A DNA stretch of 62,974 nucleotides, counting the filler, from Phoronis australis (lineage: Eukaryota > Animalia > Phoronida), in the NCBI GenBank assembly GCA_002633005.1. It is 6 parts of 6 records of this genome, joined end to end, with 100 filler letters (N's around TTAATTAATTAA, not from the genome) between each part and the next. Parts side by side here need not be neighbours in the genome. Positions count along the whole stretch, not along the records: positions 4,491 to 31,114 come from NMRA01001329.1; 5 more parts are not named here. One strand, 5' to 3'. The notes below the pieces were generated by a model that worked only from the letters and a program-made list of their open reading frames with translations, made no database searches and had not been told where the DNA came from. A program made the position numbers and the translations under genes. Shown here one piece after another: positions 13,501-28,100 of this stretch. The number at the start of each line of letters is the position of its first letter. The first letter of the stretch is position 1.

Positions 13501-15099
13501 TAGACAGATGCTCTACAAAACTGATTTTTGACAAAACGTTGACTCTTAGAGAGCTTTTCATGGGAGATTTCCCGAATAAATGCCCGGCTATCTGGAAACT
13601 AAACGTCCATTGCTGCTTATTTGCATAATTTTCCAAATAAACGCACATGAGAGTTTAAACGGGTGGGCTTCTCTACGTAGATTCCGGTATATAATTTACC
13701 TGTCATGTATCCAGCGATTGTGAATTTGACCAAGGAGTGCAGTACATCAAGTGTAAAAATGTCACTCGGTCAAAACATATTTTTCAATTTCATAAAGTTT
13801 GTCAGTCTGGAACATTTTATGGAAGGTCGGCCTGTGATTTGGAGCGAGCCAAGATGAGACTGGTGGATCTTTCAAAGTCTGAAAGCATAGCTGAAATTTT
13901 GATCAAACCCACGCTAAATTATTTGAAAAGACTAAAGCATAATTTGATATCAAAATTAAAATTTCTAGAGAAAAACGTCCCCACTTTGTTAATTTAGACG
14001 TGGAGTCTTGCCGCTGAAGGAGTTAACTGTAAGTTTTGGTAATTTTACAGGTATTAAGGATCGTTTGGTTATTGTTGTACTGTGCCATGGATTGAGGACT
14101 AAATACATCATCTACGCTCTTGTCTTTTCTACACTGTTCTCAGAACTGGTTAGGTCGGTTTATCCCACGTTTTTTTGAGTTTAGGATTCAGAATCAGTTT
14201 CCTGCTTGATAACAATAACCTCTGTGAGTAAATTAGTGTCATTTAGGCATTTCTTTGGCGAAAAGAGCTGTTGTTTACGAGTCACCGTATAGGGAGTGGG
14301 GACGTTGTTCAGATTTTCTTGTTTTATCGGTGTACATGTACATGTATGTGCTGACTATTTTGTACGTTTTTGAAGATGGTGATCAATACAAACCTGAGTT
14401 GTTGCTAAGTAACAGGTATGATCTCTCTGTTAGGCTGTTACAGTAACTTACCTGAAATATTTACTGTCTTTAGTTCAGTTCTGTATGACGTTGGGTGAGC
14501 AGTGAACAATTTGATTGCTGTTCAGTACCTATTACAATATTTTTTCAGCTCATTCTCAAGTTTGACTGGTTGTGAGTGATGAAACATTTAATGTTAATGC
14601 AATTTGTAAGTTGTGAGCCACTTTAAAGCTTAGCAACTGATTTTGTAAGTACTTGTGATTATAGTGGGAGAATGGGTAGTTTAGCCTGTACTGGCGTGTA
14701 ACTAAGAAATAATGGAGTATTCTAAAATTATATGCAAGAGTACATCAGAATGGATTACAATGTTGTTGTAGTGATGGACTGCCTTGCTTTCGTCTTCTTA
14801 CTTGTGTAACACCCACTTCCCAAAACAATTGTCTTCATTGCTAGTAGCCTGGTGCAATGAATAGGGAACTTATTTGAATCTATTGAGTACAGATGAAACC
14901 ACCAGTGAGAGGGGGGTACTATGACGTGAAAAGTTGGAATTACCCACGATGGTGCTGTCATAACCACATGAGGGCCGGGCATGCACAAAACGAGAGCCAA
15001 CTGAAGCCTAATCACCCCTTCAACACATGTTGCCAATGGTCATAGTGGTCTAGCAACCAAACTGTGTGAGGATAGAAGGTGTTCAACACCTTGTGACAC

Positions 15100-15560
15100 A
15101 CCGATTGGGTTTTACCTGTTTTGCACTCCTGCCATATATCCTGGGGGCAACTGCCTCCTGAATCCCCAACAGGAATTATTGAAATTGTGTTGTCCATGGA
15201 CGTATCAAATGTAATTTTCCGGATTGAAAACTCAAACATGAAACAAAACCATGATTTTTTTGACGGGAGCAAAAGTCTTGGAGTTTTGCACGAACCGAGG
15301 ACAAAGTCTTGTCATCACCTGAGCGCATGTTGTCAATGATCGGGGAAGCAATCAAAATTTTTGACGATGTTTCCTACCACATTGGTTTTTACCTGGTTTG
15401 CACTCCTCCATTGTACCCCCTTACTGGCACTTGAGGGCAGCTACCCTCTGAACCCCCACGACCAATTACTAAAATTGTGTAGTCCGGGAAGGTATGAAAT
15501 GTTATAAAAAAACTCACAACATTAAACACACTGACGGATGGGTTTTTAAGGGAGCTTCAA
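15100..15560 (+). repeat. Diverged tandem duplication, ~280-bp period
   Basis: ttgggttttacctgttttgcactcct...ctgaatcccc...aaattgtgttgtcc (from ~15100) recurs as ttggttttttacctggtttgcactcct...ctgaaccccc...aaattgtgtagtcc (from ~15380). Confidence 0.65.
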
Positions 15561-16182
15561 GAAAATGAAAGCAAATTCACTTTAATATTAAGTAAAACAC
15601 ACACCTTTATTTTCATGCGATTATAAGTGGATATGAGTTAACGTATTTTACCCATTTTCAACCACACAGTAATTTTACCATTGTATGAATTTATCAGTGT
15701 TTACATGGTGCGGACCCCGCCACTAAATTGGTGTTAATTATTGCCCGCTTGGGGCGCTAGTTTTTGGACCGATAACCATTGCGGCGAATTGCAAGACGGT
15801 GGAGTGAAGACTCCTATTGTAATACACTCCTTGTTCGACCGAGAAATCTGGACTTTATACAATGTATAGTAAAGATACATGATGCACGTGGAGTAATATG
15901 AAGTTGGTTTGCAGTGTAAGAACTGAGAATGCTAGGAGGAAGAAGACTAAGATGTTTCAATTAGTTAATATTCTCTCGGGGGCCTCCATGCAGATATCAA
16001 CATGAGTCACAATTTTAGGACAGTAGTTCATAAGGTCGGCATTATCAAGAACCAACGGCCACCCTGGCCTTCCCGGAATGTTCATATCATCTCATGAGCT
16101 GTTTGTAAATCTGACCTCCTCATTATAGTGCATACATGCTGTTTGATATACAAACCATATCTTTTTGCTTTTTTGTTTTCAG

Positions 16183-16272
16183 GTTAGAACAGCCGTGAAA
16201 GATGGAAACTGTACTAAACTCGTGGAATATTTAGCCAGTGGATGGAACGTCAACCAACCACTGGATGAACTG
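16183..16272 (+). CDS. Internal exon encoding part of an ankyrin repeat
   Basis: Strong polypyrimidine acceptor (ctttttgcttttttgttttcAG) and perfect GTAAGT donor. The 90-bp phase 0-0 open frame reads VRTAVKDGNCTKLVEYLASGWNVNQPLDEL, which fits the ankyrin pattern A..G....V..L..G.dVN. Confidence 0.7.
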
Positions 16273-17459
16273 GTAAGTATTCACGCATGAACTCTAACCT
16301 GATCATCACTGGATTTGAATTCACCTTGAGTAGAACGTTTTTTACAACCGTTTTCTTTGATGTTTGATGTTGATATTTTTATTACAGCACGATAAACTGT
16401 TATCCATTTTGTCTTTGCATACTTGGGCTCACGAAAATCCCGAACAAAGTTTTATGCAGTATAAATAAATTGAATGAAAGTTGTGTGTTTTCGAAGTAGG
16501 GGTGCTTATTTGTAGAGAATCTGTGGCGATGCTATTTCGTTATTTTCACGTACCTTTTTACAGTTACAATGTTAAACAACGTCGGAGATTGTTTAAGGGC
16601 AATGAACTTGGTGGAGGAGTAAGTAATAGTGAGGCGCAGTCGATTCTTCAAAATGAGGTTGTACCGAAGTTAGAACTGTAAATGCTTACTCAAAATCCCT
16701 TGCAATCAAATATAATTTAATTAAGTTTTTTTAGCGAATCTACTATTGGAAACACACGTATCTTCAACCAAAAATGTTTTGGACATGCTGAAATGGTTTA
16801 TTGTCGTTTCGATTGACTTAGATGGATTTCCAAAGACGAATGATCCATTTTAAGACTCGGTTCCACCCTCTCTTTTTGAAATGAGTTACTCGACTGTTGG
16901 TCTTGCACAAGTTAGTCCAACGTTATCCCTTCACTTTAGGTTATACCAGTCGCCGCGTTTTGATAATTTTTTAAGTAGTCTTAAATGCTTTATTTTTCTA
17001 TTTTGTTGACTACGGGTCCAAGTATCAGTTTACTAGGCGTGATTGAACATCACAATCTGAAATGTATCATTTACAAAACTTTTAGCAAGGCTGATGTTCA
17101 AAATGTTGATTTCGTTTAAGCACTAAAAGTGGTCGCACCTTACTAGGAAATATTTGTCACCATACGTTTTTGACAACTCACCCCTTTCCCACTATCTAAA
17201 TTAATATGTTAAACAAGGTAAACTATTTCCTTTTCACGAGATAGAGCACATGCATTAAAATTACGGCCCAGGATACAAATCAACGCTACTTGTATATTTG
17301 AGGAATCACATAAAACAGAATATATATGATTAATGACAATGGCCTCACACGTCTTATCCGCGTTAACTTTAATACACCATTTGCAAATACATCCAATCTT
17401 TCTCAAGTCACATATTGACAATACCAACAGTACTCGAGAACAATTGGCAATTGTAAAGT

Positions 17460-18483
17460 TAAACAGTGTATTATGGATAGATTTCGACTAATTTTTAGTA
17501 ACCAGAACAATGGCGAGTTCGGACAAATTTCAAAAATCTAATTATGTCGAGTCCGTACAGTTGGCTCAGGCGAGTCCCGACAGTCGTTTGTCTTACTGCC
17601 TAGTTTATTCATTCCCTATTTTTGTTAATCAAACCCATTGGTATCTGAAACTTCCGCAGTGTATGCATGAAATGTATAATATCAACGACGTAATGCATCA
17701 GTTTATAAGAAACCTTCACCGCTATTCTTCAAATTCCATAGAACCGCGGCTACCTTGTCGCACTAGGCAGTCATTCCTGGTCACTCTAACGTGAGACGCT
17801 TTCAGAGCTTGCCACGACTCTCAAGCTATTGGGCTAACCTGCTTTTATTTACATGTACGATCGATTTTTACATTTTAAGGACAATTTTGCTCGACCATTG
17901 TTGTATTCCAACATCAAGTTGCTCATGACGACGCCATACTCCTCATGACCAGTCCAACCACGTAGTGCAGGTNTAAACAGTGTATTATGGATAGATTTCG
18001 ACTAATTTTTAACCAGAACAATGGCGAGTTCGGACACATGTCAAAAATTTAATTATGTTGAGTCCGTACAGTTGGCTCAGGCGAGTCCCTACAGTCGTTT
18101 GTCTGACTGCCTAGTTTATTCTTTTCCTATTTTTGTTAATCAAGCACATTTGTATCTGAAACTTCCGCAGTGTATGCATGAAATGTATAATATCAACGAC
18201 GTAATGCATCAGTTTATAAGAAACCTTCACCGCTATTCTTCAAATTCCATAGAACCGCGGCTACCTTGTCGCACTAGGCAGTCATTCCTGGTCACTCTAA
18301 CGTGAGACGCTTTCAGAGCTTGCCACGACTCTTAAGCTATTGGGCTAACCTGCTTTTATTTACATGTACGATCGATTTTTACATTTTAAGGACAATTTTG
18401 CTCGACCATTGTTGTATTCCAACATCAAGTTGCTCATGACGACGCCATACTCCTCATGACCAGTCCAACCACGTAGTGCAGGT
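17460..18483 (+). repeat. ~510-bp tandem duplication joined by a single N (17973), likely assembly artefact
   Basis: 17460-17972 and 17974-18483 are near identical, which explains the twin 94-aa ORFs. Confidence 0.85.
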
Positions 18484-21439
18484 CCCCAAACCGTGAAATT
18501 ATTTTTAATTGTTGAAAAATCAACAGTCTTTTTGTTTTTTGTGGGATGTATTTGTTTTATTGATTTCTGTTTTGATGTTGCTCTTCAATCCAGATTTGTG
18601 TCGTTGCCTTATTATTTAACATGTAGTTGAGTATAATAGGATACATGTATGCTCACTTAGGGATTCGAAAAATGTTCTCACAACTGAAAATAAGGATGTG
18701 TTAGGGACGCTGTCTTCTATAATAGCATTCAGGTTTCTAGCGTTCACGATCATTTTTAGTTCATAATTTCTTTCGTGCTGATGTATTCATTCCTAGAAGT
18801 TCACAGGAATTCTGACAGTCTTGTTAAAAAAGTTCCCTATAGATGGCAGGACAGTTAGAGCACCGGGATTAAAAGTTTTAGCTCCTGTTGCTGTTTAGTG
18901 GTCTAGCATACCAGATGCTGTTTTTGACATTGGAATCACCATTTACTATCACTTCGGTTAATCATCGACACAAAATTCATATCAAACCTTTCTATAACCA
19001 TGATAGAATGCTATCTCTACATGCGTAAGCCAAAACGCAACATCCACTGCAGTTGCACGTAAAAAGAATGCAAAACGAATAAAAAAATCAGAATGGAACC
19101 AGTTTAGACGGAATTGAAAAATCCATCAAAATTGACCAGTTTCAACTCAATGGCAGCTCATAAAAACAAATGAGACAAAATTGTAAACAAATCCTTAAAA
19201 AACTGAGTCAATTTGATCGTAAAATTTATTTCGCCCTCAGATGTTTGTTCAAGGCAACTGAGCATATGTGAGCGAAGTACCTTACAACTTTCATGATGAC
19301 GTCATTTTGAATTAACTGCTGGAATTATCTTCCAATTCTCTGTCAAGTACCTCACCGGTACTGTATCTCATAATTTACGTCAGATCACTATTTGCAGCTT
19401 CAGTCGGAATCATAAGGTGGTCTCATGAAAGAAATACTCGATTGTCAAATCGGAACTGTACACCTGCAACTTTTAATCATTTGTTTGTTATTAATGAATG
19501 TCCCTTTAAAAAAGTCCTGCAGACAAGTGTATCGATGTAGCTAGCATATGTGCACCTAAATATGGCTTTCAGTTGCAAAACGCGGTTTTTCTAAAACCTC
19601 AGAGCTCTTCATTTTTTCAACCCACGGGACGACCTAGACATTTGGGTTTTGATTTTGTATCGATCCATGACTGGAAAGCGTTCTTGCACCGATGGTTAAC
19701 TTAGTATCAATGAAATTGGGTTTTTAGAACTAACTTTATTTGAAGTCGTTGTTTATTGAATGTTATTTTCGTGCCTGTTTTCCCAATACACTACATCCAA
19801 GAGATTTTCCAACTAAAATTCACCTTCGGAACTTGCTTTTCCAGTCAATAACCTATTTTAATATCACATTTCGATATTGATGGGCCCTCATCCCTCTATA
19901 TTCTGTTTGTTCCGTAAAAATGAACTAAGTGCATGATGTTCTGTTGAAGTACGCTATAGCTTGAAAAAAGATCTGATCCTTGGCTACTGATTAATTTATA
20001 GTTGTCCGTCTCAAAAAGTCCTGGTATGCAGTGGGCATACACGTATTGGTATCTGCGGGCCAGACTCATGGCCGTATGGCTGTAACCAAGCCGCCCCATC
20101 GGCAAATGTCGTTCCAAAGTTACATGAAGTTAGAAGAAAATGGAACACGATATAATTGTGAAAGATGTAACGGATATCTTAAAAAATGTGAAATGCAAAA
20201 TATCTCCCGGTTCCGATTGATTTCCAACATTATATATTTTTGAAAATTTTGATACCTTTGTTAGGGAATACTGCGAACAAGCTTAAATAGAGAGCTCACT
20301 GAATCACAGTCATGCGATAAAATAAGCTTATCCCTAATAAGGAAAGCCTCGTGAAAACCTAAAAATTGGAGACTCCTTTCGCTTGATGCATGTTTTCCAA
20401 GTGTTGTTGGTGAACCAGCTCTGATGTTGATTGGTGGGAGGCTTTATCGGAGAATTGTTTTCATGCATTATATATGACACCATGCACTATATTATTGAAC
20501 AAGATATCCTTGAACTGATGTTTCTGTTCTATGACGGAAACAGGTGATTCATATTTTATTTTGCTAACTTTGCTGAAAATACCTGAAAGTAATTTGACGG
20601 ACTATTCAAAGCATGATGTCAGGCAAGATTTTTAAATCTTTCCAATCAACCGCTGTTGTAGAATATTACCTAATTTAGCAATAAGCTGTGAGCAGAGATA
20701 TTAGGCATCAGGGCCATCCGCATACAACCTTGTCGTAGAATATGCTATTCTTGGAACGAGTTTTGCGAGGCTAGGGGTGGTGTCTGGACGTTAATTAAAC
20801 TAGTGTACACGTAACTTGCCCCAGTATGGACATCTTACTCTAAATAATGTTCAGGAAAAATCATTTTCCAACTGAACAGAATTTAAAAATATTCAATGCA
20901 AATTGCTGAAATATACTGATCTCGAAAAATTGGACAGTTCAGTCAAGTCCTGACTCTCGTTTGTGGACCTGTCTGCAAATTACTCAGACTTCAACCCCAA
21001 TTTTGATGAATTTGTCTGCGTTTTGTAAAGCTGCATGCGGATATCAAACAGGTTGTGTCCAATGTAAATGAAGACTTGACGCGGGGAAGTAAGAATTTGA
21101 TTCTTTTCTGGATATAAGCTTTACATCCTACTTGCAAAATATGGTGAAGATAAATTATGGTAGTTTTGTAGTACTGATAAAACAATTCCTTATTGGTATA
21201 AAATTCTGCTACTTGGTGTTATTGATTAAGCTTTGATAATAAGAAAATTGGTTCGCATTTTTTCGCAATATCCCTTCTTCGCCTGTCTCCGGCTAAGAAA
21301 GTGTTACCAGTTTTGTCTGGCTCAAAAGTACGCAACGAAGTTGTCATTCAATACTATGGTATAGGTAGATTGAAGATGACCATTATTACATTTTTATATA
21401 AGTTTTATCATGTAAAGGGATACGGAAAACTTTGACCTT

Positions 21440-21620
21440 CAGCACACATCACGAATTTTTGACCGACTGGTCGGCAATTGGTCGACGACCGCCCGTCGAC
21501 CGGCAAATTTGCCGGCCGCAGTGCCGACTCATAACTTACTATAGGCGACTCCCCAGCCGACCCTTCAAATGAACTTAAGCCGACCGGCCATCAGCCGACC
21601 AGTTGGTCGGCTGCTATTTT
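21440..21620 (+). mobile_element. GC-rich MITE-like fragment, same terminus as 5946-6039
   Basis: Begins CAGCACACATCACGAATTTTTG and carries repeated CCGAC/GTCGG motifs. Confidence 0.6.
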
Positions 21621-22244
21621 TAGGTTAGAGTAGCAGTTGCGTTATAGATTGTCAGGCTGGTACCACTTTGCGTGTCGATGCATATTCGTCTTAGCACAGG
21701 GTCAAATAAATTAATCTAGTTTTACTGTCTCCGTTACACGAATTCAAATCGGTTGAGTAACACCCGCTGATTCGAAGGTTGGAGGCAAGCGGTAATATCA
21801 TTGAAATGTTGACATTGCAACACGTTTTGGACAAAAAAGCCTGAAAGTTTTCTTTACATTTGATCTTTAATTTGTCTCCTGGCGTTAACAAGCTGCATTA
21901 GATTGGCTGCTTCCCGGTCAAGGGAAGGCTGTAGTCATTTTGTAAACCCAGCTATTTTTGACATTCTTCGCTCACAATTGTTTTTTTTGTTTGTGTTACG
22001 CCGAACTGAATCTTTTTGCGTTTTTAAAATTCTCCACGGGTCTCCTATGACGTACCCATCAGTTATTACACCGAAGAGCTCTCACTCCGGGGTTTTTATT
22101 TTCATAGTATTAACCCTTGCAGTACAGACGTGAACTTCACGGTCCTGTATGCATTAAACCCACGGACTTTGATGACTCTTAGTTCGAAATCACATGGTTA
22201 CGATTTCCACGAACTTAGACAGTGACATGAAACACGTAAAAACC

Positions 22245-25144
22245 TGATGGAGATATCGGCAATGTGGAGACACGGATTCCACTAGTGTGGGGATGGTCCT
22301 GGTAGTATAATTGGGGTTACCCGGTTCTTGGTTGAGTGGTAGATAGTTGGCTAACAAGGTAGCAACAGGAAGTCGATGGAGAGCAGCATAAAAAAACTAG
22401 CACAGTCGTTGAGTTTCTACTGACACACAAAGTTTATTAACTCTAGCTACAATAAGTATAGTGAATAGAAATATGTGTGGGTTGTGAGTGCAAAACAACA
22501 ACAATATTGAGAGTTCCGGTGATTTCATCCAACTCATAAATGGAGTCTGGACAGCTGTTTGGCATAATGGGTTTTCACTATCAGAGGGCATAGTAATCAA
22601 CAACACAAGATGTCCGAAATTGTTATATAACATAAACTGTTGTTGGGATAGTTGTAGGTCATAGGAAATGGTGAAATTTGCACTTAATTAACTTCATGAG
22701 AACCCACGACACTCCGCCGGCCGAAAGGGTGAAAATATTCAAAATTTAACAATCCACTGTAAAGTTATGTTGCACTCACTCAAAATCACATCGAATTAAG
22801 ATATAATAAATAGAAGTTCACAAACTAGTCATATGGTTATGCACGGAATACATAGTCACTGGTTGATATACAATTAATCTGAATGTTCATCATGGTCTTG
22901 GGTGAATAAACGCTTGATTCTTTCTGCAGCGAATTTAGCTGCTTGACGCTTGGGTCGATCAACAGCTCCTTGATTGATTTCAAAATCCGTGTTATCGTTG
23001 TTCATTAATTTACTGTGTTTTTCGAGCGGGTAGAGTTTAGCTATTGGTCGATTTGTCAACCCATTCCTTGTCTTGATGATTGCTGAACGTAGTAATCCGT
23101 CAGCTCCAATGTTCAAATATTTCTGAATTCTGCCACATGTTGCAGATTGACCGTGTCTCTCTCGGAGGGATGCTAAATATTCGTTTTTCCATCGTGTCCA
23201 AAGGTCTGTATACAGCTTATTCAAATATATCACTAGTCGATCCATGGAATCGTGTCGTAGTGAAAAATCTGGATCTCTAATTTCGTCAAGTTCTGTAAAC
23301 TGGCGGGGTAATTTTGAAGTCATACGTCCATGGATCAGATGTGATGGGGTAAGTGGGGTTGAGTCGTCATTATCAGTTGATACATATATCATGGCCTCTT
23401 GTTGATGACAGATTCTATTTCTGTCAGCACAGTAACAAGGTCATCCTGCGTAACACAAGATTTCCCAAGCACTTTCTTCATTGCCGATTTCGTTATACCG
23501 ATCGACCATTCATAGAATCCACCAAACCATGGGGCTCGTTTGGGGATGAATGTCCATTTGATGCATTTCTGGAGTAGACATTTTTACACAGATTCGCTTG
23601 CAATAATATTCTTTATTGTTTCCGCTGATGATACAAAGCTAGATGCGTTGTCGGAAATTACGTGATGACTTGGGAGAGATCTTCGACTGCAAAATCTTCT
23701 AAAGGCTCTTAAAAACGCTCCTGTGGTCATATCTGTAACTAATTCTAAGTGATATCTTCTAGTCACTATACAGGTAAAGAGCAAGACATAACATTTGTTT
23801 TGTTGTCAATACAGCATTTTGATATTAGAGAGTACCTGTGTAGTCAACTCCAAGAATCGTGTATGGCGGCACTTCTTCAAATCTGTACTTCGGTAGTGGT
23901 GGATCCATAGGGATCGCGTAGGGTTGGCCATTGACTCGTAGGCATTGATCGCATTTTCGTAGCTCAGACTTGACAATCTGTCGAATTCTTGGTATCCAGT
24001 ATTGAGTAATTGTAGATGAAGTTCCACCATGTTTTAACAAATCGCGTGCATGTTTGATGATGAGAACAGTGAATCTGTCGTCAGGAGGGAGTAACATCGG
24101 ATATTCAGAATCGTATGGGATATTTGCATTCTCAAGCCTCCCCGGCAGGGGATGATGTCGTCTTTGTCAAGAAATAACTTGAACTGTCGTACCAATGAAC
24201 ATTTCATTTTTGTTCCTCGTAAAACACTAAGTTCGCGAGAGTAATAGTTGCTCTGAATGTGTTTGATCCACATTAATTTCACATTTTCCAACTCATCCAG
24301 AGTCAGTTTTACACTTGTTGGTTGCGTAACTTTTTCACAAACTTCAGAACATAGGATGTCACATGAAGCAAGCTGTCTAGGGTAGCAAAGTGCCTACTGT
24401 AAATTATAACACTGAGGTCAAGTTTACAAGTTACCTCAGGGTCTATCTGTTGGGTCTGCTGTTCCTCTTGTTGACCTTGTTACGTAACATGTCTGGTTGG
24501 TTGAGCACTACTTGGTTGTCGAGTCCCTGCAGTGAGCAATACACTTGGCTGGTAATCTGTTAAACTGGATAAAGTACATTGACTGTCAAAGCATGACATG
24601 ACAGTGCTCGGTGATATACTGGTCGGATAGTCACCTGTAGGAAGAAAGCTAGGTCCATTCCACCAGAGATCACATGTATCGAGATTTGAGGCTGAAATGC
24701 CTCTGGTTAGCAGATCAGCAGGGTTTTGTTAGTTTGGGCAATATTTGATTGCATCAAACTTCTGTTGTTTAATTTCTCGTACTCTGTTTTCAACAAAAAA
24801 TGGCAGTATTTTGTCGCAGAGTATCCAATGCAGCACAATTTGGCTATCAGACCACAATATCGTCTTCGTTATTTCCAGGTTTTTAAAGAGAGCATTTTTC
24901 ACAAAGATCGATAATCTATAGCCAATCAAAGCTGCTGTCATTTCCAATCGTGGTAGGGGAATTTCTTTAGTCATATGCAAGGGTGCTGGCATCACAAAAT
25001 ACATGAATTTCAACCTGTTTTGTCACAGGGTTACTGAAATATTGGCGTGGAAGCGTAATTGATCGAGCTGCAATCAAGTGCTGGCACATGGTGTTCCATT
25101 ATGATGAAATTTGCACTTAATTAACTTCATGAGAATTCATGACA
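22245..25144 (-). mobile_element. Degenerate BEL/Pao LTR retrotransposon: 3' LTR 22245-22711, 5' LTR reduced to ~40 bp at 25105-25144
   Basis: Perfect 5-bp TSD AAACC at 22240-22244 and 25145-25149, with TG...CA termini. The LTR start sequence is shared at 22672-22711 and 25105-25144, and a purine-rich tract precedes the 3' LTR. Frameshifted pol motifs: IPLPRLEMTAA, WSDSQIVLHWI, FVENRVREI, YWIPRIRQIVK..CDQC, GVDYTG, HLELVTDMTT..FLRAFRRF..RR, SDNA, PLTPSHLI, W.RWKNEYL.SLRE, RPIAKLYPLE. Confidence 0.92.
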
Positions 25145-28100
25145 AAACCACTGTTGAGGCTACAACCAATTCTAGGTTTGCGCACTCCGTTCTTAATTCA
25201 TCGGTGACGTTAAAATCTGCGCTGGTTGCATGTATCAGTTGTTCGTTCACGTTGTTCCAAAAATAAATATTTTCTGTCAACAACATATTTACAAATTATG
25301 TAAAATAAAACAACTTTGAACGGGAAGATGTAAATACTTGGTGGAGAGGTATTTGTCTCTACACGGCATACGTGCGTGAATCTTTGGTAAAGCGCCGGAT
25401 TGCGATGTCGAAAAAAAATGATAGAAAATAAACCAAGGTGCAGAATAATTCTTCTGTGCTCTGATGTAAGAAAACCTACATTTTTTTTGAAACAGCGCTC
25501 AATCTTCAAAAAAATTCAGCATGAGAATGCTTCATCAGAAATGCCAAGCATATACAGCGTTGTAAGACAGCTACGTTGACGTTTCCGTACATGTACATGT
25601 ATGTCCACAAGTGCTTTAAGCAGTGTGTACAACTCGGTTTATTTCGCTTTTCTACACTGACGTATACGGCCAACACGGTGTTTTATAAAAGACCACTTTT
25701 GAGGGCATTTTCAAAAATTGATATGTTTGGTTGATGGATTCAGAGAGTCGGTGCCCACGTCGTACATAAAATGTACGCTTGGGGAGAAAACGTATCTGCG
25801 TAAAGAAATAGTTAAATTTTCAAAATTTTCAGAGTCGTGTGTTGTCATTACCCTACATTAATAAACCGAGGCCAAGTACAAAGCAGGTCTTCAAAATTTA
25901 GATAAACAAAAATTACGGCATACTGATTACATGGTCAATGACTGGGAGCACGTTCTTTGGCTTACGTATATTGTATTATCGGTTGAATTGTATGTTATAA
26001 CTGTGAATAGCACGTACGCGTACAATAAGCCATTCACATTTATATCTGATCACAATTCTCCCCCTGCTTTAAAAACAAACAATCGTTTAGATATTTTCGG
26101 AAAGAACGTGAACTAAACTGATATGACAAACACTACTTACCATAGTCCAGATTCTACATTCGAAGACCGCTTTTGTGAGAAAGAAACTCTCAGAAGGAGA
26201 AGTTTGTTATGGCACGTAAATAAATATAACATTTACCCCTTAGAGTAGACGCGAACCGCTAAGTATTGGGCTCGGCTTTGGTGCGAAGCTGTTTACTAAA
26301 TTAAATATACAACTTTGCGCCGTTGTGGGTAAAAACTGACCGAAAAAATCTTCCTGGAGTAACCTAAATTATCTACCGGAGTTTCAAAAATTGCTTTTCT
26401 ACAATCACTCTGCTGCTAAAATTGTGGTGTGAACTTTTGCCTCGACTTTCGGCGCAATGAAATATTGCGTCACCAATTAGCCAGTTTCTTTTTCCCAGAT
26501 TCTTCAATCAAACGTTCTCCCTCGAGGTTGCTTAAACGTCACAACAAATGATCAGAATTGTTTTCACTTCATTGTAGGTTTTTGGAATTGGATATCTGTA
26601 AACCGAATTTTAGAACAAATTTTGCTGCGATGTTGTCATCATCTAATGGGAGATGTCGAAACAATTTTGTAAGTGGTGCGTGTCACGAATGTCCTACTTT
26701 CAAAACGACGACATACATTTCTTTGTAACCAATGCAGTGAATTACACAAGAAATTGACATCTTATATTTTCCCTTAAACGGCCCTAACGGGAAAGGCATG
26801 CACACCCGCCGGTTTTTAGCTCATGTTGATACAAGCTTCACGGCAAGGTGACGAGCATTAACTATCCGGGCTGTGTGCAATTTCGAGGTCTGTCGGAGCT
26901 CAATACACAGTGGCACCTTGCTGTATTTTGACTATAGTCATCATACAGCTAGCTGGCTAGATATGAAACAATTGTTTACTCTGAAAGTGATAACAAATTC
27001 AGAATGATGATGGATCATGCGTCTCACTTTAACCGATCACATTCTTCCGTTTTCATGCACCCATGATCTTAATCTCTGCACTATGTTAAAGCCATTGTTA
27101 CTGTCGTCCTTAAAATAAACTTCTGTTCTACTGCTGTACCAACATATTAAGAAATTATGCAAAAATAAACAATAATTATCCGTGGTAAGGCGCATTATAC
27201 AGCGGATGACATGAACAGAAGCATTGCTTATGGTTTGTTTTTGTTTTATCATTGCTTCAGTATGTTTACAAAACTTGTTTATCCAAGCAATTATATTTTT
27301 AGACAATGCTTAACATTTTTGTCTTCGCAAAGGCAAAACTAATAATAACTCGTTTTATACATGTATCTGCATTTCACGACCTAGCCAAAATCACATCAAG
27401 CCGTTACGAAATTCAGGTTGCAAAGATTAACCAAATGTGCCAAATTATGTTTTAGGCCGTGGAGAAAATGTTGAACTCATGATTTTACCTGCGTCGTCTA
27501 GTAATTCCAAATTTGTTTGGTGCAACTGTATGTTTCTCTACTGCCATTGAATTCCCTTGGAGCTTCGACATAATATCCAATCCGAGCGGCTTCCCATTAC
27601 CGGGTAATTCGAGTTTGCTCCTTGGGACAGGATACACTGTACGTGCCATATAATTTTGCAGAATATATGTTAACCTCGAAACGACACGTGATCCCAACAT
27701 GCATGTCGCAGGGGTCACTAATCCTTCGGAGACATGAACCGAATCTGGAAATTTGCTTTTAAATATTGATAAAAGAGGGGTTCTTTTTAAAAAAGAATTT
27801 GTTCTAAAGCAGAATACGTGTGTGACCCACTATAGACTGCGTAGATGACAAATTCAAATCACGCAGTCGCTTACAGAATGTCTCCGTGGACTACAGTGTA
27901 TTACACACTTAATACACTGCGACTCGAAACATTGGTCCGGTTACCGCATATTAAACGCATCTTGAAGTGTTGAAAATCAATTTTAGTGATGTAAATTAAT
28001 GGTGGGAGCTTGCCAGAGCTGTTGGCAGTTTATTGAATTTTGTCAAAACTTAAGAGTGGCGATTAGTAGACTAGTGGGCGCTTGTTACAAAACGTTTCAA

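Noticed and set aside
17510-18305. Twin 94-aa ORFs that look like paralogous genes
   Set aside because: They are products of the N-joined duplication and carry no recognisable motif.
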